Shown: piece after piece, positions 17,269 to 26,886 of the stretch | How the letters are laid out: each line of letters opens with the position of its first letter | Position numbering within the stretch: position 1 is the stretch's first letter | DNA from: a virus | Lineage: Duplodnaviria; Caudoviricetes | Length of the DNA: 29,506 nt | Reading direction: 5' to 3' (one strand) | IMG/VR virus record: IMGVR_UViG_3300020402_000839 | Location: 1-29,506 of that record | The notes under the pieces: model-generated | The model's database searches: none | Told to the model about the DNA's origin: nothing | Seen by the model: the letters and a program-made list of their open reading frames with translations, nothing else | Translations under genes and position numbers: made by a program

Positions 17269-18299
17269 TAGTCGATCGCCTTATCCATCATCCAACGAAT
17301 TACAGATTTTACTTTCGGTTTGTTGCTTATGAACTTGGCGAAACGCTCGCCGTATTTCATGTAAGTATTAAAAAGCCAGTCAGGTGCTTCTCTAAACATC
17401 CAGCTCCTAAAATCGATCCATTTAGGATTGTCAGGGCCGTAACATTCTCTAGCTACCCAGCAACTCAAGGCTGCTATACCCTTCATAAAGCCGCCAGCTC
17501 CACTCAACAATCCACCTATATCCATGCCGCCCCCAGTAATTGGCGTTCTGGACACAGAGCCCATAGGCGTCATGCCAACTGCTTGCTGTCTCAGGTTCAA
17601 TGCCTGCAATGGATAGTTGAGCTCGTCTAAGAAACGCTTCTCTCTATCAGCAAACGATGCTTGTTGCAGTCCTTGGATTTGCTGTCCGATACCTGACAAT
17701 GCGCCAGCTGCTTCTAGACCCATGCGCTGGTTCGCGCCTGCTTGGTTGGTCAATTGAGACGCACCCTGCATGAGCTGCCCTGTACCAGACTGACCTAGGC
17801 GTGCTGCATCTTGAAAGTTCTGCATCCTCAGCTGACCGGTTGCATTCGCCAATCGATCTAAATAGTTACGATTGTTTTCTGCCTCAACGAGCGCAGCTCT
17901 ACTACCGCCAAACGGTGACTGCAATCTGGCTGTAGCGTTCATCGCATCACGCTCTCGTCGCAGGTCACCAGTTAAATTATCGATGACATCTTCAGTGAAT
18001 GCATTCTGATACTTACCCATCATCGTTTCTGGATTTGTAATAGAGTTGATGGCGGCAGCTGTAGCAGCGTTACCTGCTTGTTGTTGCGGCATCCGCATTG
18101 CATCCATACCACGCACCTGATTAAACGCAGCAATCTGATCCGGGGTAAAGCCTGCCAAGGTCGGACCCTCAAACCTATGATAAGGTCGGTTGGCTAATAC
18201 GGATGCTAGGCCGAGGTTACTATCGACAAAGTCCTGATACCTCGCTGGGATATCACTTGTACTTACCGCTGTCTTTGGACCGCCTTTACCCATGATCAA
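17268..18299 (-). CDS. DNA pilot/ejection protein (P22 gp7-like position) with C-terminal CWVAR domain
   Basis: MGKGGPKT start, AGFTPDQ, FGGSR, Q/G/A-rich body; ends in CWVARECYG...W..FR.W...Y.KYGE. Confidence 0.7.
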   Translation of the reverse strand: MIMGKGGPKTAVSTSDIPARYQDFVDSNLGLASVLANRPYHRFEGPTLAGFTPDQIAAFNQVRGMDAMRMPQQQAGNAATAAAINSITNPETMMGKYQNAFTEDVIDNLTGDLRRERDAMNATARLQSPFGGSRAALVEAENNRNYLDRLANATGQLRMQNFQDAARLGQSGTGQLMQGASQLTNQAGANQRMGLEAAGALSGIGQQIQGLQQASFADREKRFLDELNYPLQALNLRQQAVGMTPMGSVSRTPITGGGMDIGGLLSGAGGFMKGIAALSCWVARECYGPDNPKWIDFRSWMFREAPDWLFNTYMKYGERFAKFISNKPKVKSVIRWMMDKAID

Positions 18300-18645
18300 T
18301 TTTCCTCTCTAAATACGCATATGGTTGCGTGTAATCTTTCAAAACTCTTGCCCAGCCGTGACGACCAGCGATGACAACGGACAAACATTTTTGCTCTGTT
18401 GCCCATGCCTCAATATCTGGCAGCATCTCAAGCAGCTCGTTTAGCTCACCACCTGCCAGCCAAACTCTAACTTTTTTACCTGCCGGGTAATCTTCCATCT
18501 GCGTGACGATTGCGCTTTTTTCACCACACCATAACTGAGCCCGGTCATTGGCGAGCTCTCTTTCAACGTCTGTTATAGTGTGTGTGTCCTGATATTTTAT
18601 AGCCGCCTCTATAAGAGGCTTGGCATTCTCCCAGGCTCTCGTCAT
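18286..18645 (-). CDS. GNAT-like virion assembly protein (P22 gp14-like position)
   Basis: AQLW...SAIVTQ...VWLAGG...IEAWA...C...GRHGWARVL. Confidence 0.7.
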   Translation of the reverse strand: MTRAWENAKPLIEAAIKYQDTHTITDVERELANDRAQLWCGEKSAIVTQMEDYPAGKKVRVWLAGGELNELLEMLPDIEAWATEQKCLSVVIAGRHGWARVLKDYTQPYAYLERKIDHG

Positions 18646-20732
18646 CGCAGCCTGTTTGTTTTTTCAAGATCGAGTTCAATACGACCGAGCCTGCCATCCG
18701 TAGGATTGCTTTGCCAATCGTATCTTAGTGCAATCTGCCGGGCTGTTATGCGGCAGTCTTTCTTAAGTGTCGATGTTGAAATATTACCAAGATCTGTTGT
18801 CGTTATGTTTGAGCTCTGAGGATAGTCTTTCGATAATATCTTAACATTTACACCGCCAGATAAATGGGCAAAGTCTGGAATGTATCGTTTGACAAAAGTC
18901 TGAGTTGTACCTTCAGCGGTATCGATCCAACCTGACTCTAAAAAGACACTTGGTATAGCTGAGCCGTTTGCGGTGTTACCTTTTTCCATAAGCTTCATTG
19001 TGCCGTCACTGAATGCCGCAATTGGATATTCTTCCAAGCCCCGGTCAACAAATGCTGTAATATCAAAAGTGCCGACCGTCCAAGTAAGCAGCGCATAGTT
19101 AAGACATATATAACGTGTGTTCTCAGTTACCCCTGCATCGCTAGTTGTCGGGTAAAACCAGTAAATTTCATTCTGACTATCAAGCGTACCCGCATGGATC
19201 AACGCTTCTTGTCCATCCGCTAAATTGTCAAACAGAAAATCTTTTACCGGGCAACTAATCGTTGTTGGCGTACCACCAGCCCAAAGCATAAATTCTTTCG
19301 ACGTTGATAGCCAATACACCGACCCAGAGTCACCAGCTCGAGCCCATGCGTTCTGTCCGACTAGACCGCAACCCGATCCAATTAATGTTGGTCTAAATAT
19401 CGTTGATAAGTTTGGTACAAATTGAATTGAAAATAATTCGTTCAAAGTCCAGACTAGATTGAGCCCCGGCATCGCGCAGCCAGCTACAATCCTAGATGTA
19501 CCGCCAAGAATAAAATCACCTGCAGTGTTTGTAGAAGAGGGCGTCCAGTCGCCAGTCGTCAAACCTTTTTCTTGGTCGGCAAATGCAACCGTTAGCGGAG
19601 AGAACGTTCCACTAGGTTGGTCACTCGTACCTAGTGCTACTAGGAACCTTTCTGGCGTCACCATGTGAGTAAGATTTTTAACTGGTGCATCTGTTACGGT
19701 CGCGCTGATTGATACAGCTCTGATAGAAGGGTTGTTGTCCCATCGGTACAGTGGGCTATTGATATAGTTGGCAATTAATATCTCGCCAAGATTGCTTAGT
19801 GTCCATGTCCGAGCAGTCGTCGCAACGCTTGAGCTCGGAGCTGAATAGTAACCTTGCGAATAACCTCCTGTCGAATAACCAGATGCTGACAAAGATGTTT
19901 CGTTGCCTACTGGAATCAAAAACTCTTCTCTTAACGAACCACCAGCACCCGACACTGATGCGGTTGCGTTGTTCTTAGCCTCTACTGTATATGTGTTTGC
20001 ATCGACCACCGTCACTTCGTATTGACGGTGACCAATCCATGTTACTGCACCACCGCCTGTTGCGTCATTTGTTGCAGCTGTATCGACCGCGACGATGAAC
20101 ATATCTGCGTCGATGACATAAACAGTCAGCGTTTTATTAATCTCAGATGCTGGGATGCCAGCAAACCCGGTAGCACCTGATATCGAAACAGCATCCCCGG
20201 TTGATAATCCATGTGCAGCGTTTTCAATGACTAATGTCTTCGCCTGGGCGATTGCTGTAATCTTGTCTGTAAATGAGCCACTTGAGCCTAGGTTGATGTC
20301 GCCAACGGGCGCTGCTTGGTCTAACAGAACATAGTCGCCACTGGTGGCTCCGTGAGTTGCAGAGGTTATTGAGACAGTCGGTGAACCACTTGTAGTTGTT
20401 ATAGCGTTGCTCAACGTCTGGTTGCTTCTTATTGGAGTAATCGGCCAAAGTAAAGCTCCTGTATAACAGTATAAATCTGAACTTGTGCCGACCGCTACCT
20501 GCCGCACATTTTCATTTGTTTCGTAGACATGGATTGTTCGCGCTTTCCCCCGCACATATCCAGATGTTGGTGCATCGAACAGATCCTCATACCCACCAAT
20601 GACCTCTGGCATCGTTCGATCTCCAACCCTGCGAAATCGTATCTTATCGCCATCGATCCAGCGTGACTCTGACTGCAACCGGCTGTTATCTTTGATGATC
20701 CCAGGCTTGATTGGTAATTCGATTATTGGCAT
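18642..20732 (-). CDS. Tail hub / packaged-DNA stabilisation protein (P22 gp10-like)
   Basis: 696 aa; PGI...RWIDGDKIRFR, beta-rich body, NEIYWFYP, ITARQIALR...GRIELD; internal duplicated HG(A/L)xxGD segments. Confidence 0.75.
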   Translation of the reverse strand: MPIIELPIKPGIIKDNSRLQSESRWIDGDKIRFRRVGDRTMPEVIGGYEDLFDAPTSGYVRGKARTIHVYETNENVRQVAVGTSSDLYCYTGALLWPITPIRSNQTLSNAITTTSGSPTVSITSATHGATSGDYVLLDQAAPVGDINLGSSGSFTDKITAIAQAKTLVIENAAHGLSTGDAVSISGATGFAGIPASEINKTLTVYVIDADMFIVAVDTAATNDATGGGAVTWIGHRQYEVTVVDANTYTVEAKNNATASVSGAGGSLREEFLIPVGNETSLSASGYSTGGYSQGYYSAPSSSVATTARTWTLSNLGEILIANYINSPLYRWDNNPSIRAVSISATVTDAPVKNLTHMVTPERFLVALGTSDQPSGTFSPLTVAFADQEKGLTTGDWTPSSTNTAGDFILGGTSRIVAGCAMPGLNLVWTLNELFSIQFVPNLSTIFRPTLIGSGCGLVGQNAWARAGDSGSVYWLSTSKEFMLWAGGTPTTISCPVKDFLFDNLADGQEALIHAGTLDSQNEIYWFYPTTSDAGVTENTRYICLNYALLTWTVGTFDITAFVDRGLEEYPIAAFSDGTMKLMEKGNTANGSAIPSVFLESGWIDTAEGTTQTFVKRYIPDFAHLSGGVNVKILSKDYPQSSNITTTDLGNISTSTLKKDCRITARQIALRYDWQSNPTDGRLGRIELDLEKTNRLR

Positions 20733-21473
20733 TTACATTGTCCAAAGTTGTCTATGTCCAGTGTTCCCGCCAGACGTTGCACCGCCTGTGCTGCCGCCCC
20801 ATGAGCCGCCAGCGTTGAAACCGCCAAAATTGTAGGCTGGAAATGATCCGAAACCACCAGCTACCGGCGTTTGACCTGGCGCATAAAACCCAGTGTAATT
20901 TTGACCCATGTTGCCAGACTGAGCATTTTGAGCACCCGATAGCAGACCGCCAAAAAAGTCACCATAATTTGACAACAATCCACCAAAATTATTTAGAGCT
21001 GTTTCGTAGCTTTGGTTGACTGCCTGCATGTTTGGCGTATTAGTGTTAGTTCCAGTAAAATTTTGATTAGCGTTGCCTTGAAAGCCAGAGTTGTTTTGTA
21101 TTGAGGCTGGGGGACCATCAAACGGAGATGGTGCAAAAGTACCCGCATTTGGAAATGTATAACCAAAGCCAGATCGGCCTTCATTCATCCCATAAAGATC
21201 AAAATGCTCTCGCGCTATTTGATCGACTCGATTTTGAAATGCTTGACCCGGGGCAATCCCCTCGGCTTGGGCGCGAGCTGTAGCATCTTGAAAAACATCA
21301 GGATTAGCAGCCAAATATTGCTGGCCCATTGTTAGGTTAGGATTGCCCGCCGTTGCTCCTGTGCCGCCTTGCGCATTTAATATGCCTGCTTGTTGATTGG
21401 CATATTGTTGGAATAAATCCATGTCAATTTGACCATCAGGTCCGGGGCGATAGGCGTCTGCCATTGAAATCAT
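20733..21473 (-). CDS. Low-complexity G/N/Q-rich virion-associated protein
   Basis: 246 aa; YLAANPDV...EHFDLYGMNEGR motif. Confidence 0.6.
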   Translation of the reverse strand: MISMADAYRPGPDGQIDMDLFQQYANQQAGILNAQGGTGATAGNPNLTMGQQYLAANPDVFQDATARAQAEGIAPGQAFQNRVDQIAREHFDLYGMNEGRSGFGYTFPNAGTFAPSPFDGPPASIQNNSGFQGNANQNFTGTNTNTPNMQAVNQSYETALNNFGGLLSNYGDFFGGLLSGAQNAQSGNMGQNYTGFYAPGQTPVAGGFGSFPAYNFGGFNAGGSWGGSTGGATSGGNTGHRQLWTM

Positions 21474-21479
21474 TACTGA

Positions 21480-21764
21480 CTACTCCTCTGGTTTTTCAGG
21501 CCAAGTTATATCTGTGGGAAAACCAGACTGCGCTGGCACATCGCGCAACGCTTGGCGGTATGTTCTCATTGCATCGCTCATGGTTACGTCACTGCTTGCT
21601 GTCCAATCGGTTTCTGCAAGTTTTGTATTCCGTTCAGCCCTAGCCATTTCTGCTAGTCTGTTATTTTCACCAGCCGCCCATTCTGCCTCAAGTGCGTCTT
21701 GTGCGGCTTCCTCTTCCGCAGTGAACGGAACTTCGCCATCAGGCGTTGCGTGTGTTCTTGCCAT
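21480..21764 (-). CDS. Tail fibre assembly chaperone
   Basis: RAERNTKLAETDWT...YRQALRDVP...WPEKP. Confidence 0.85.
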   Translation of the reverse strand: MARTHATPDGEVPFTAEEEAAQDALEAEWAAGENNRLAEMARAERNTKLAETDWTASSDVTMSDAMRTYRQALRDVPAQSGFPTDITWPEKPEE

Positions 21765-21774
21765 AATTAAATCC

Positions 21775-22599
21775 TTATGATTTTGCGAAACCGTATAGTC
21801 TAAACGTGCCTGTCATCGTTCCACTGCTTGCTTGAAACCTTATTCCTGTTTGTTCTGTCGTTGTATAATTTTGTAAAACAGTATGGATTATGTTTACAGG
21901 GATGTTTCCCCATCCAGAGTAACCGCTTCCCCAGATATATGCGTGTTTTGCGTCCGTCGATCTTGGGTTGAGAATATCAACTACAAAATTTGCTCGTTGT
22001 GCGACAGATCCAGTATTGTTTTGATATCGCGTAAAAACACCCCCACCGCCATAAAGGTACGTTGAGGTGTTATTACCATTCAGCCGTACATAGTAATTAT
22101 AACCAGTGTAACTTCCTGTACTTCCGCTAAATTCAAGACTTGCTTCATAATCAATGTCGCTAGTATTACCGCCAACATTATTAGCCACAATCCTGTAGTT
22201 GTCGTAGGTTGACGTAAACACGTTTGAGAAATCGACCGTTGTACTGCTAGTAGATACCACCTCGCTCAAGTAAGTCCATGCGCCGCCGCTTGCTGGTATG
22301 TCGCTCCAAGTCGTAACACCGTTGCCGTCTGTCTTCAAAAATTGATCAACATTACCGTCATTCGGTGGAAGCGTTATTGAGTGGTTCCCCGAAAATGCAC
22401 TATGGGCTGGCGCTTTGAGCGAAACATAATGAGCGTTTCCTACTTCGCAATAAAGGCGTAGTTCTGATTGTGACCCAGTATTTTTGACCCCAAGCACACC
22501 ATCAGCTATAGAGTTTGACCCCATTGTCAAATCGCCTTGGAGTGTTGGCGAGGTGTCTACTGCAAAATTGTTACTGGCAACATCTCTTGCGCGGCTCAT
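21775..22599 (-). CDS. Short tail fibre protein
   Basis: MSRARDVA start, LKAP...ITLP...QFLKTDGNG..TW, C-terminal TGIRF..SSG..TGTFRLYG; precedes the chaperone. Confidence 0.78.
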   Translation of the reverse strand: MSRARDVASNNFAVDTSPTLQGDLTMGSNSIADGVLGVKNTGSQSELRLYCEVGNAHYVSLKAPAHSAFSGNHSITLPPNDGNVDQFLKTDGNGVTTWSDIPASGGAWTYLSEVVSTSSTTVDFSNVFTSTYDNYRIVANNVGGNTSDIDYEASLEFSGSTGSYTGYNYYVRLNGNNTSTYLYGGGGVFTRYQNNTGSVAQRANFVVDILNPRSTDAKHAYIWGSGYSGWGNIPVNIIHTVLQNYTTTEQTGIRFQASSGTMTGTFRLYGFAKS

Positions 22600-22871
22600 T
22601 ATTCACCTTCCTCTGGCTCTGGTAACTCGTACCAAGGACTCCATACTGAATTTGGACAATTCATTAACCACTCAATCGTTTCGTCTTGACTTTTAAATTC
22701 AGCTAAAGTTTCTGGACAATATGTTCCCAGATCTGTGCGGAAGGTTTTTACTGGTGTTTCGCCTTCCTCTACAATAGTTTCTAGCGCATGGGTTGAAGAT
22801 CCATCCTCATGGAAAGTTGATGTAATATTATACTCAACCGCGTTGTATACTCTATTAGGCATCGCTCTCAA
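22599..22871 (-). CDS. Acidic hypothetical protein in the tail fibre cassette (start may be 22862)
   Basis: About 90 aa, coupled to its neighbours. Confidence 0.65.
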   Translation of the reverse strand: MRAMPNRVYNAVEYNITSTFHEDGSSTHALETIVEEGETPVKTFRTDLGTYCPETLAEFKSQDETIEWLMNCPNSVWSPWYELPEPEEGE

Positions 22872-23217
22872 CTCCTAATACATAACATTGTGAACCGCTT
22901 GGGCTATTTTTCATTGATGTTCCTGCAAGGAACGTATGCTCAACAGTGGTTATGGATCTATATTGGTTAGGTTCGGCCCCAACCCCACCGTAATATCGCA
23001 TTGTTGTGCTTGATGTGCCAGCTGTAGTTACTTCCATATAATAACCACCTAAACCGTATTGGTGACCAATATATCCGACGAATTTTCTTCCAGTTGGAAC
23101 AGTATAGGCCACCGCACTTGCCGTATTGTTCATTACGCAAATTTGTTTGTCTGGCGCTGGCTCTGTCGTTGTTGTTGTGGCGGCAACAGGGGCCGCATCA
23201 TCTACTGGTGTTAACAT
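22855..23217 (-). CDS. Small beta-rich tail-associated protein
   Basis: YTVPTGR motif; C-terminal YVLGVE. Confidence 0.65.
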   Translation of the reverse strand: MLTPVDDAAPVAATTTTTEPAPDKQICVMNNTASAVAYTVPTGRKFVGYIGHQYGLGGYYMEVTTAGTSSTTMRYYGGVGAEPNQYRSITTVEHTFLAGTSMKNSPSGSQCYVLGVESDA

Positions 23218-23228
23218 TTTTTGTTCCT

Positions 23229-24860
23229 TTACTGATCAGATAAAATCCCAGATATTCTCACCGATAATTTTGGCGCTATATTATATGCTCTTGCGGCTTT
23301 CTGGGTAGACGTTGGAACCGCCCAACCCATCCAAAAAGATCCATGATAATTAGTCAAACTTTCTGAGTCTGTCATGCCTGTGTCAACTTTTGTGGCTGTA
23401 GCATTAGTTAAATCAATTTCGTATAATTGATAGTTTGAACTATAATTTCGTGTATAAAGTTTTAGACCTTCATAATATTTATTCCAGTCATTTTTAATCG
23501 TAAAACCAGTTAACGCACCTGACATTGTGCCGAAATCAAAAGCGCCATTTGACGAACTGTAATTAGCGAAAAAACTAGTGTTAAAACCTGCATCAGCCGC
23601 AGAAGCTCCCGCAATCATATAAAGTCCATACCCCTGCATTGAGCCTTGGTCTAAAAGACCCTGTGAAGCGGTGTTATCATATTCTTGGCGAGTAAACGTC
23701 CACGCATATATGCGAGAAGCATCTTGAGCAAAAATATAATAACGCTCTTTGGTAGCATCATATGTCATCTTCATAGCTACTTGATTGTTACTAGTGTATG
23801 AGTGCATAATGTAGCCTAGAGACCAAGCTGAATTAGTATTGTTGCCAAAAGGATCTGTGCCAGAACTGTGGTTATTGTTTCTTATCCAAATCCATTTTAG
23901 ACCAGTATTATTATAATCGTGAGTTGGTGTGGTTGTTGGAATTTCATAGAGAACAAATTTCTGATTGCCCTCTGAATTATACCCAATAAATTTTTTGTCT
24001 AAATAACGATCATAATAGAAAAAACATTTACGATTATCATAAGAGGTTTGCGAGGATATTTGCTGGTTTCCACTATAGACCCAAGCACCATGAAAGTAAT
24101 TTTGACCAGATGAACCGCCTTGCGTTGCCGAAGGTGTTAAATCAGATTTATCTAAATCGAAAAAACTAATTTGATGATCGTAACTACCATCCCGCATAAA
24201 ATAAATGTAACGCTCACCATCAAAAAATGGGGTTCCATAGCTCGATTGGTAATACCCATATTCAGAACCAGTGTCGGCATTTACTAATGAAAAACCGCAA
24301 GAGTTGGATCCACCTTGTCGAAAATAAATAGCCAGATTTATGCCATTAGCGTTAGTGTGATATACAACATAATTTTCGATCTGAGCATTCATCGGAAGAC
24401 TTGGACTGTGTGTAGTAGATGTATTAATGTACGTGTTTTCAGTAATTGTATCTTGTACATTATTAACAAATGGTTTGCTGTGTTGTTGCCACTTGTTCAT
24501 GCTACTACTGCTGTTAGCACGACTAAGCTGAAATCTTTGATCGAGGTAAGAAATCGTCTTAGCGGTCGGGCGTATGGATAAGGTGCTATTTGCGTCCATG
24601 ATTGCAGACCCACTTAAGCCAAGTCTGTCTCTTTTCGCACATACGCCAAGGTTAACATATTTGCCATTATTAAAATCTGTCGTAAGGCCAATAGTTGCCG
24701 TTGCTTCTATCGCCCCTGCATTATAGCCTTGTGTACCCTCTATCGATTTTATGACGTAGTGAGTGGTTCCATTAGTAGTAAGCGCATCCCAGCGAGTACC
24801 CGCCTCGATCTCCGCATCGGTAAACTCTTTGAAAGCCAGTTGTTTAATTTGATCTGCCAT
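23229..24860 (-). CDS. Putative receptor-binding / tail-associated protein
   Basis: 543 aa, rich in N/S/Y/G, AT-richer DNA; directly after the main tail fibre. Confidence 0.6.
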   Translation of the reverse strand: MADQIKQLAFKEFTDAEIEAGTRWDALTTNGTTHYVIKSIEGTQGYNAGAIEATATIGLTTDFNNGKYVNLGVCAKRDRLGLSGSAIMDANSTLSIRPTAKTISYLDQRFQLSRANSSSSMNKWQQHSKPFVNNVQDTITENTYINTSTTHSPSLPMNAQIENYVVYHTNANGINLAIYFRQGGSNSCGFSLVNADTGSEYGYYQSSYGTPFFDGERYIYFMRDGSYDHQISFFDLDKSDLTPSATQGGSSGQNYFHGAWVYSGNQQISSQTSYDNRKCFFYYDRYLDKKFIGYNSEGNQKFVLYEIPTTTPTHDYNNTGLKWIWIRNNNHSSGTDPFGNNTNSAWSLGYIMHSYTSNNQVAMKMTYDATKERYYIFAQDASRIYAWTFTRQEYDNTASQGLLDQGSMQGYGLYMIAGASAADAGFNTSFFANYSSSNGAFDFGTMSGALTGFTIKNDWNKYYEGLKLYTRNYSSNYQLYEIDLTNATATKVDTGMTDSESLTNYHGSFWMGWAVPTSTQKAARAYNIAPKLSVRISGILSDQ

Positions 24861-24875
24861 TTTTTGTTCCTCTCT

Positions 24876-26615
24876 CTAGGCAAATTTTAACGTAGAAGCG
24901 ATGCTTGATCCCGCTGGGGCATTTACCCAGGTTGGAGCAGAGCCAGTTCCGTTCGTTTGTAAAAATTGCCCGCTAGTTCCCGCAGCAAGATGGGCAGTCG
25001 TGCTCGCCGCACTTTGATACAAAATTCCTTGTGCCGCTCCGCCAGAAATATTGGCTACAGCGCCAGTTGGCTGCACGTAACGATTATCACTTTGCGTTTT
25101 CGTATACATATCAGCCAATGCGAAAGTGCCATAGGCGACAACATCAACCGTATCGTTAACAGCCGCGCCAGTTGCCAGCACAATATTAGTTCCGCTCGTT
25201 ACGGTCACGTCTGTGCCGTTCACCAATTTTATACCGTTAAGGTAAACATCCACAAAATTAGGGTTATAAGAAATAGCCCCTGTAGCTGGGAATGTTGTTT
25301 GATTTGCTGTGGCTACATAACTATGTCGATCAACTGTGCCGTTTGTCGCTGACCCCGCATCTTCCCAAGAAGATCCATTATACACGCGAAGTTTTGACGC
25401 TGAGGTTACAAACGCTAAGTCGCCAGCGCTAAGGGCATTCCCGCCACCGTCTGTAGTGGGGTTGTTTGTGCTAATTTGATAAGTGTTACCAAATGCGTTT
25501 ACGTCTGTAAGATTATTAGCGACTGTATTAACTGATGTTATCGAGCCGCCAACATTATTTACATTGCTTATATTTGTCCCAACGGTGTTCACATTTGCGC
25601 TATTGCTATCAACGGCTGTCACCGCGCTCGATATATTATTTACGCCTGTAACATCTGACGCTATGGCGTTTACCCCTGATACGTCACTGGCAATCGCGTT
25701 TACGCCTGTTACGTCTGAAGAAATTCCAGCAACGGTGGTTACGTTTGCCGATATACCAGCAACGGTGGTTACATTTGATGACACTGCATTCACACCAGTA
25801 ACGTCACTGGCAATAGCATTTACACCAGTTACATCGCTGGCTATACCAGCAACGGTGGTTACATTAGCATTGATACCGGCAACGGTATTTATATTAGTGG
25901 CATTGCTAGCTACAGAATTTATGTTTGTAGCGTTTGAAGACACATTTCCAATGTTGGTTTTGAGCGGGTCTGTATTTACAGCCGTTACGTCTGACGCTAT
26001 CGCGTTGACTCCGCTGACCGCGCTAGAGATGCCAGCTACAGTCGTCACATTCGACGCTATCGCATTCACCCCGGATACATCAGAGGCTATCCCATTGACC
26101 CCAGTCACTGCAGATGAAATTCCAGCTACCGTTGTTACATCGCTAGAAATACCAGCGACAGTATTTACTGAGGCAATATTTGCAGCCACTGTCTGGACGT
26201 TTACACCATCAGGGAGCACCAAGACCGTTATAGAAGAGCTGCCATTGGTTCTTAAGTAACCAGTAAACGTATTCGCCAAAGTTGCGGTCGTTGAGCCATT
26301 GGAAAATGTAATCGTCTGCCCGGTAGCGTTTTCGATAAATTTAAAGTCATCTACAGCCGGGATATTTACCGTCACACCAGATGCAGGCGTGCCAGTAAAC
26401 TTAACAGCACGATACGCATGTTCATTGCCAACTACTGAATAATTTGTCGTGCCAAATGTATAGCTGGTCGATGTTCCGAGATCTACCTCAAGATAACCAG
26501 CGAGTACATCGACCTGATCGATGACACCGTTGATGCCGTTAGACAATCCCCAGGTGTTGAGGTTTTCGGATAGTGCTTGTTTTTTTAATTTTAGTCGCGT
26601 GGTGGGTGTAGCCAT
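24876..26615 (-). CDS. Tail fibre protein with 10-residue repeats
   Basis: N-terminal anchor ENLNTWG; many VTTVAGISSD / VTGVNAIASD repeats; ATANQTTF...VDVYLNGIKL domain; GTSGQFLQTNG...PTW. Confidence 0.85.
   Translation of the reverse strand: MATPTTRLKLKKQALSENLNTWGLSNGINGVIDQVDVLAGYLEVDLGTSTSYTFGTTNYSVVGNEHAYRAVKFTGTPASGVTVNIPAVDDFKFIENATGQTITFSNGSTTATLANTFTGYLRTNGSSSITVLVLPDGVNVQTVAANIASVNTVAGISSDVTTVAGISSAVTGVNGIASDVSGVNAIASNVTTVAGISSAVSGVNAIASDVTAVNTDPLKTNIGNVSSNATNINSVASNATNINTVAGINANVTTVAGIASDVTGVNAIASDVTGVNAVSSNVTTVAGISANVTTVAGISSDVTGVNAIASDVSGVNAIASDVTGVNNISSAVTAVDSNSANVNTVGTNISNVNNVGGSITSVNTVANNLTDVNAFGNTYQISTNNPTTDGGGNALSAGDLAFVTSASKLRVYNGSSWEDAGSATNGTVDRHSYVATANQTTFPATGAISYNPNFVDVYLNGIKLVNGTDVTVTSGTNIVLATGAAVNDTVDVVAYGTFALADMYTKTQSDNRYVQPTGAVANISGGAAQGILYQSAASTTAHLAAGTSGQFLQTNGTGSAPTWVNAPAGSSIASTLKFA
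25480..26200 (-). repeat. Degenerate 30-bp coding tandem repeat
   Basis: Recurrent units such as CCAGCAACGGTGGTTAC and ACGTCACTGGCAAT encoding 10-aa repeats. Confidence 0.85.
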
Positions 26616-26616
26616 A

Positions 26617-26886
26617 TTAACTCACAATCGCTCGGTCAGTTACTCGTCGCCAATTAGTGCCGTCACTGAATGCTAGAACGGCTCCCCCAGTTTCATTGTT
26701 TACAAAAATAATTTCGCCCGGCGTAGTCGCGGAAGGGAGCCCCGCAACGTCATGCCGAGCCACCCTCAAGACATTGCCTTGACGGAAGAACGACACCTCT
26801 AAACTTTCTAAAAGAGGCGTTAATATTTGCTGTACTTGCTGGCCCCATCTTTTCCAGTCAGGATAGATTGACGGATTTGGAATCAT
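26617..26886 (-). CDS. Small tail-associated structural protein
   Basis: Helical N-terminus, then LPSATTPGEIIFVNN...LAFSDGTNWRRV. Confidence 0.65.
   Translation of the reverse strand: MIPNPSIYPDWKRWGQQVQQILTPLLESLEVSFFRQGNVLRVARHDVAGLPSATTPGEIIFVNNETGGAVLAFSDGTNWRRVTDRAIVS

Noticed and set aside
11000-19400. Apparent abundance of CAGCTG/AGCT palindromes
   Set aside because: Explained by GCA-GCT alanine codon pairs in Ala-rich proteins; not quantified.
25483-26259. 258-aa + strand ORF
   Set aside because: Antisense shadow of the repetitive tail fibre; no RBS or independent protein signal.
21775-26615. Diversity-generating retroelement or invertible tail fibre system
   Set aside because: No reverse transcriptase, invertase, template/variable repeat pair or inverted crossover sites are visible in the window.
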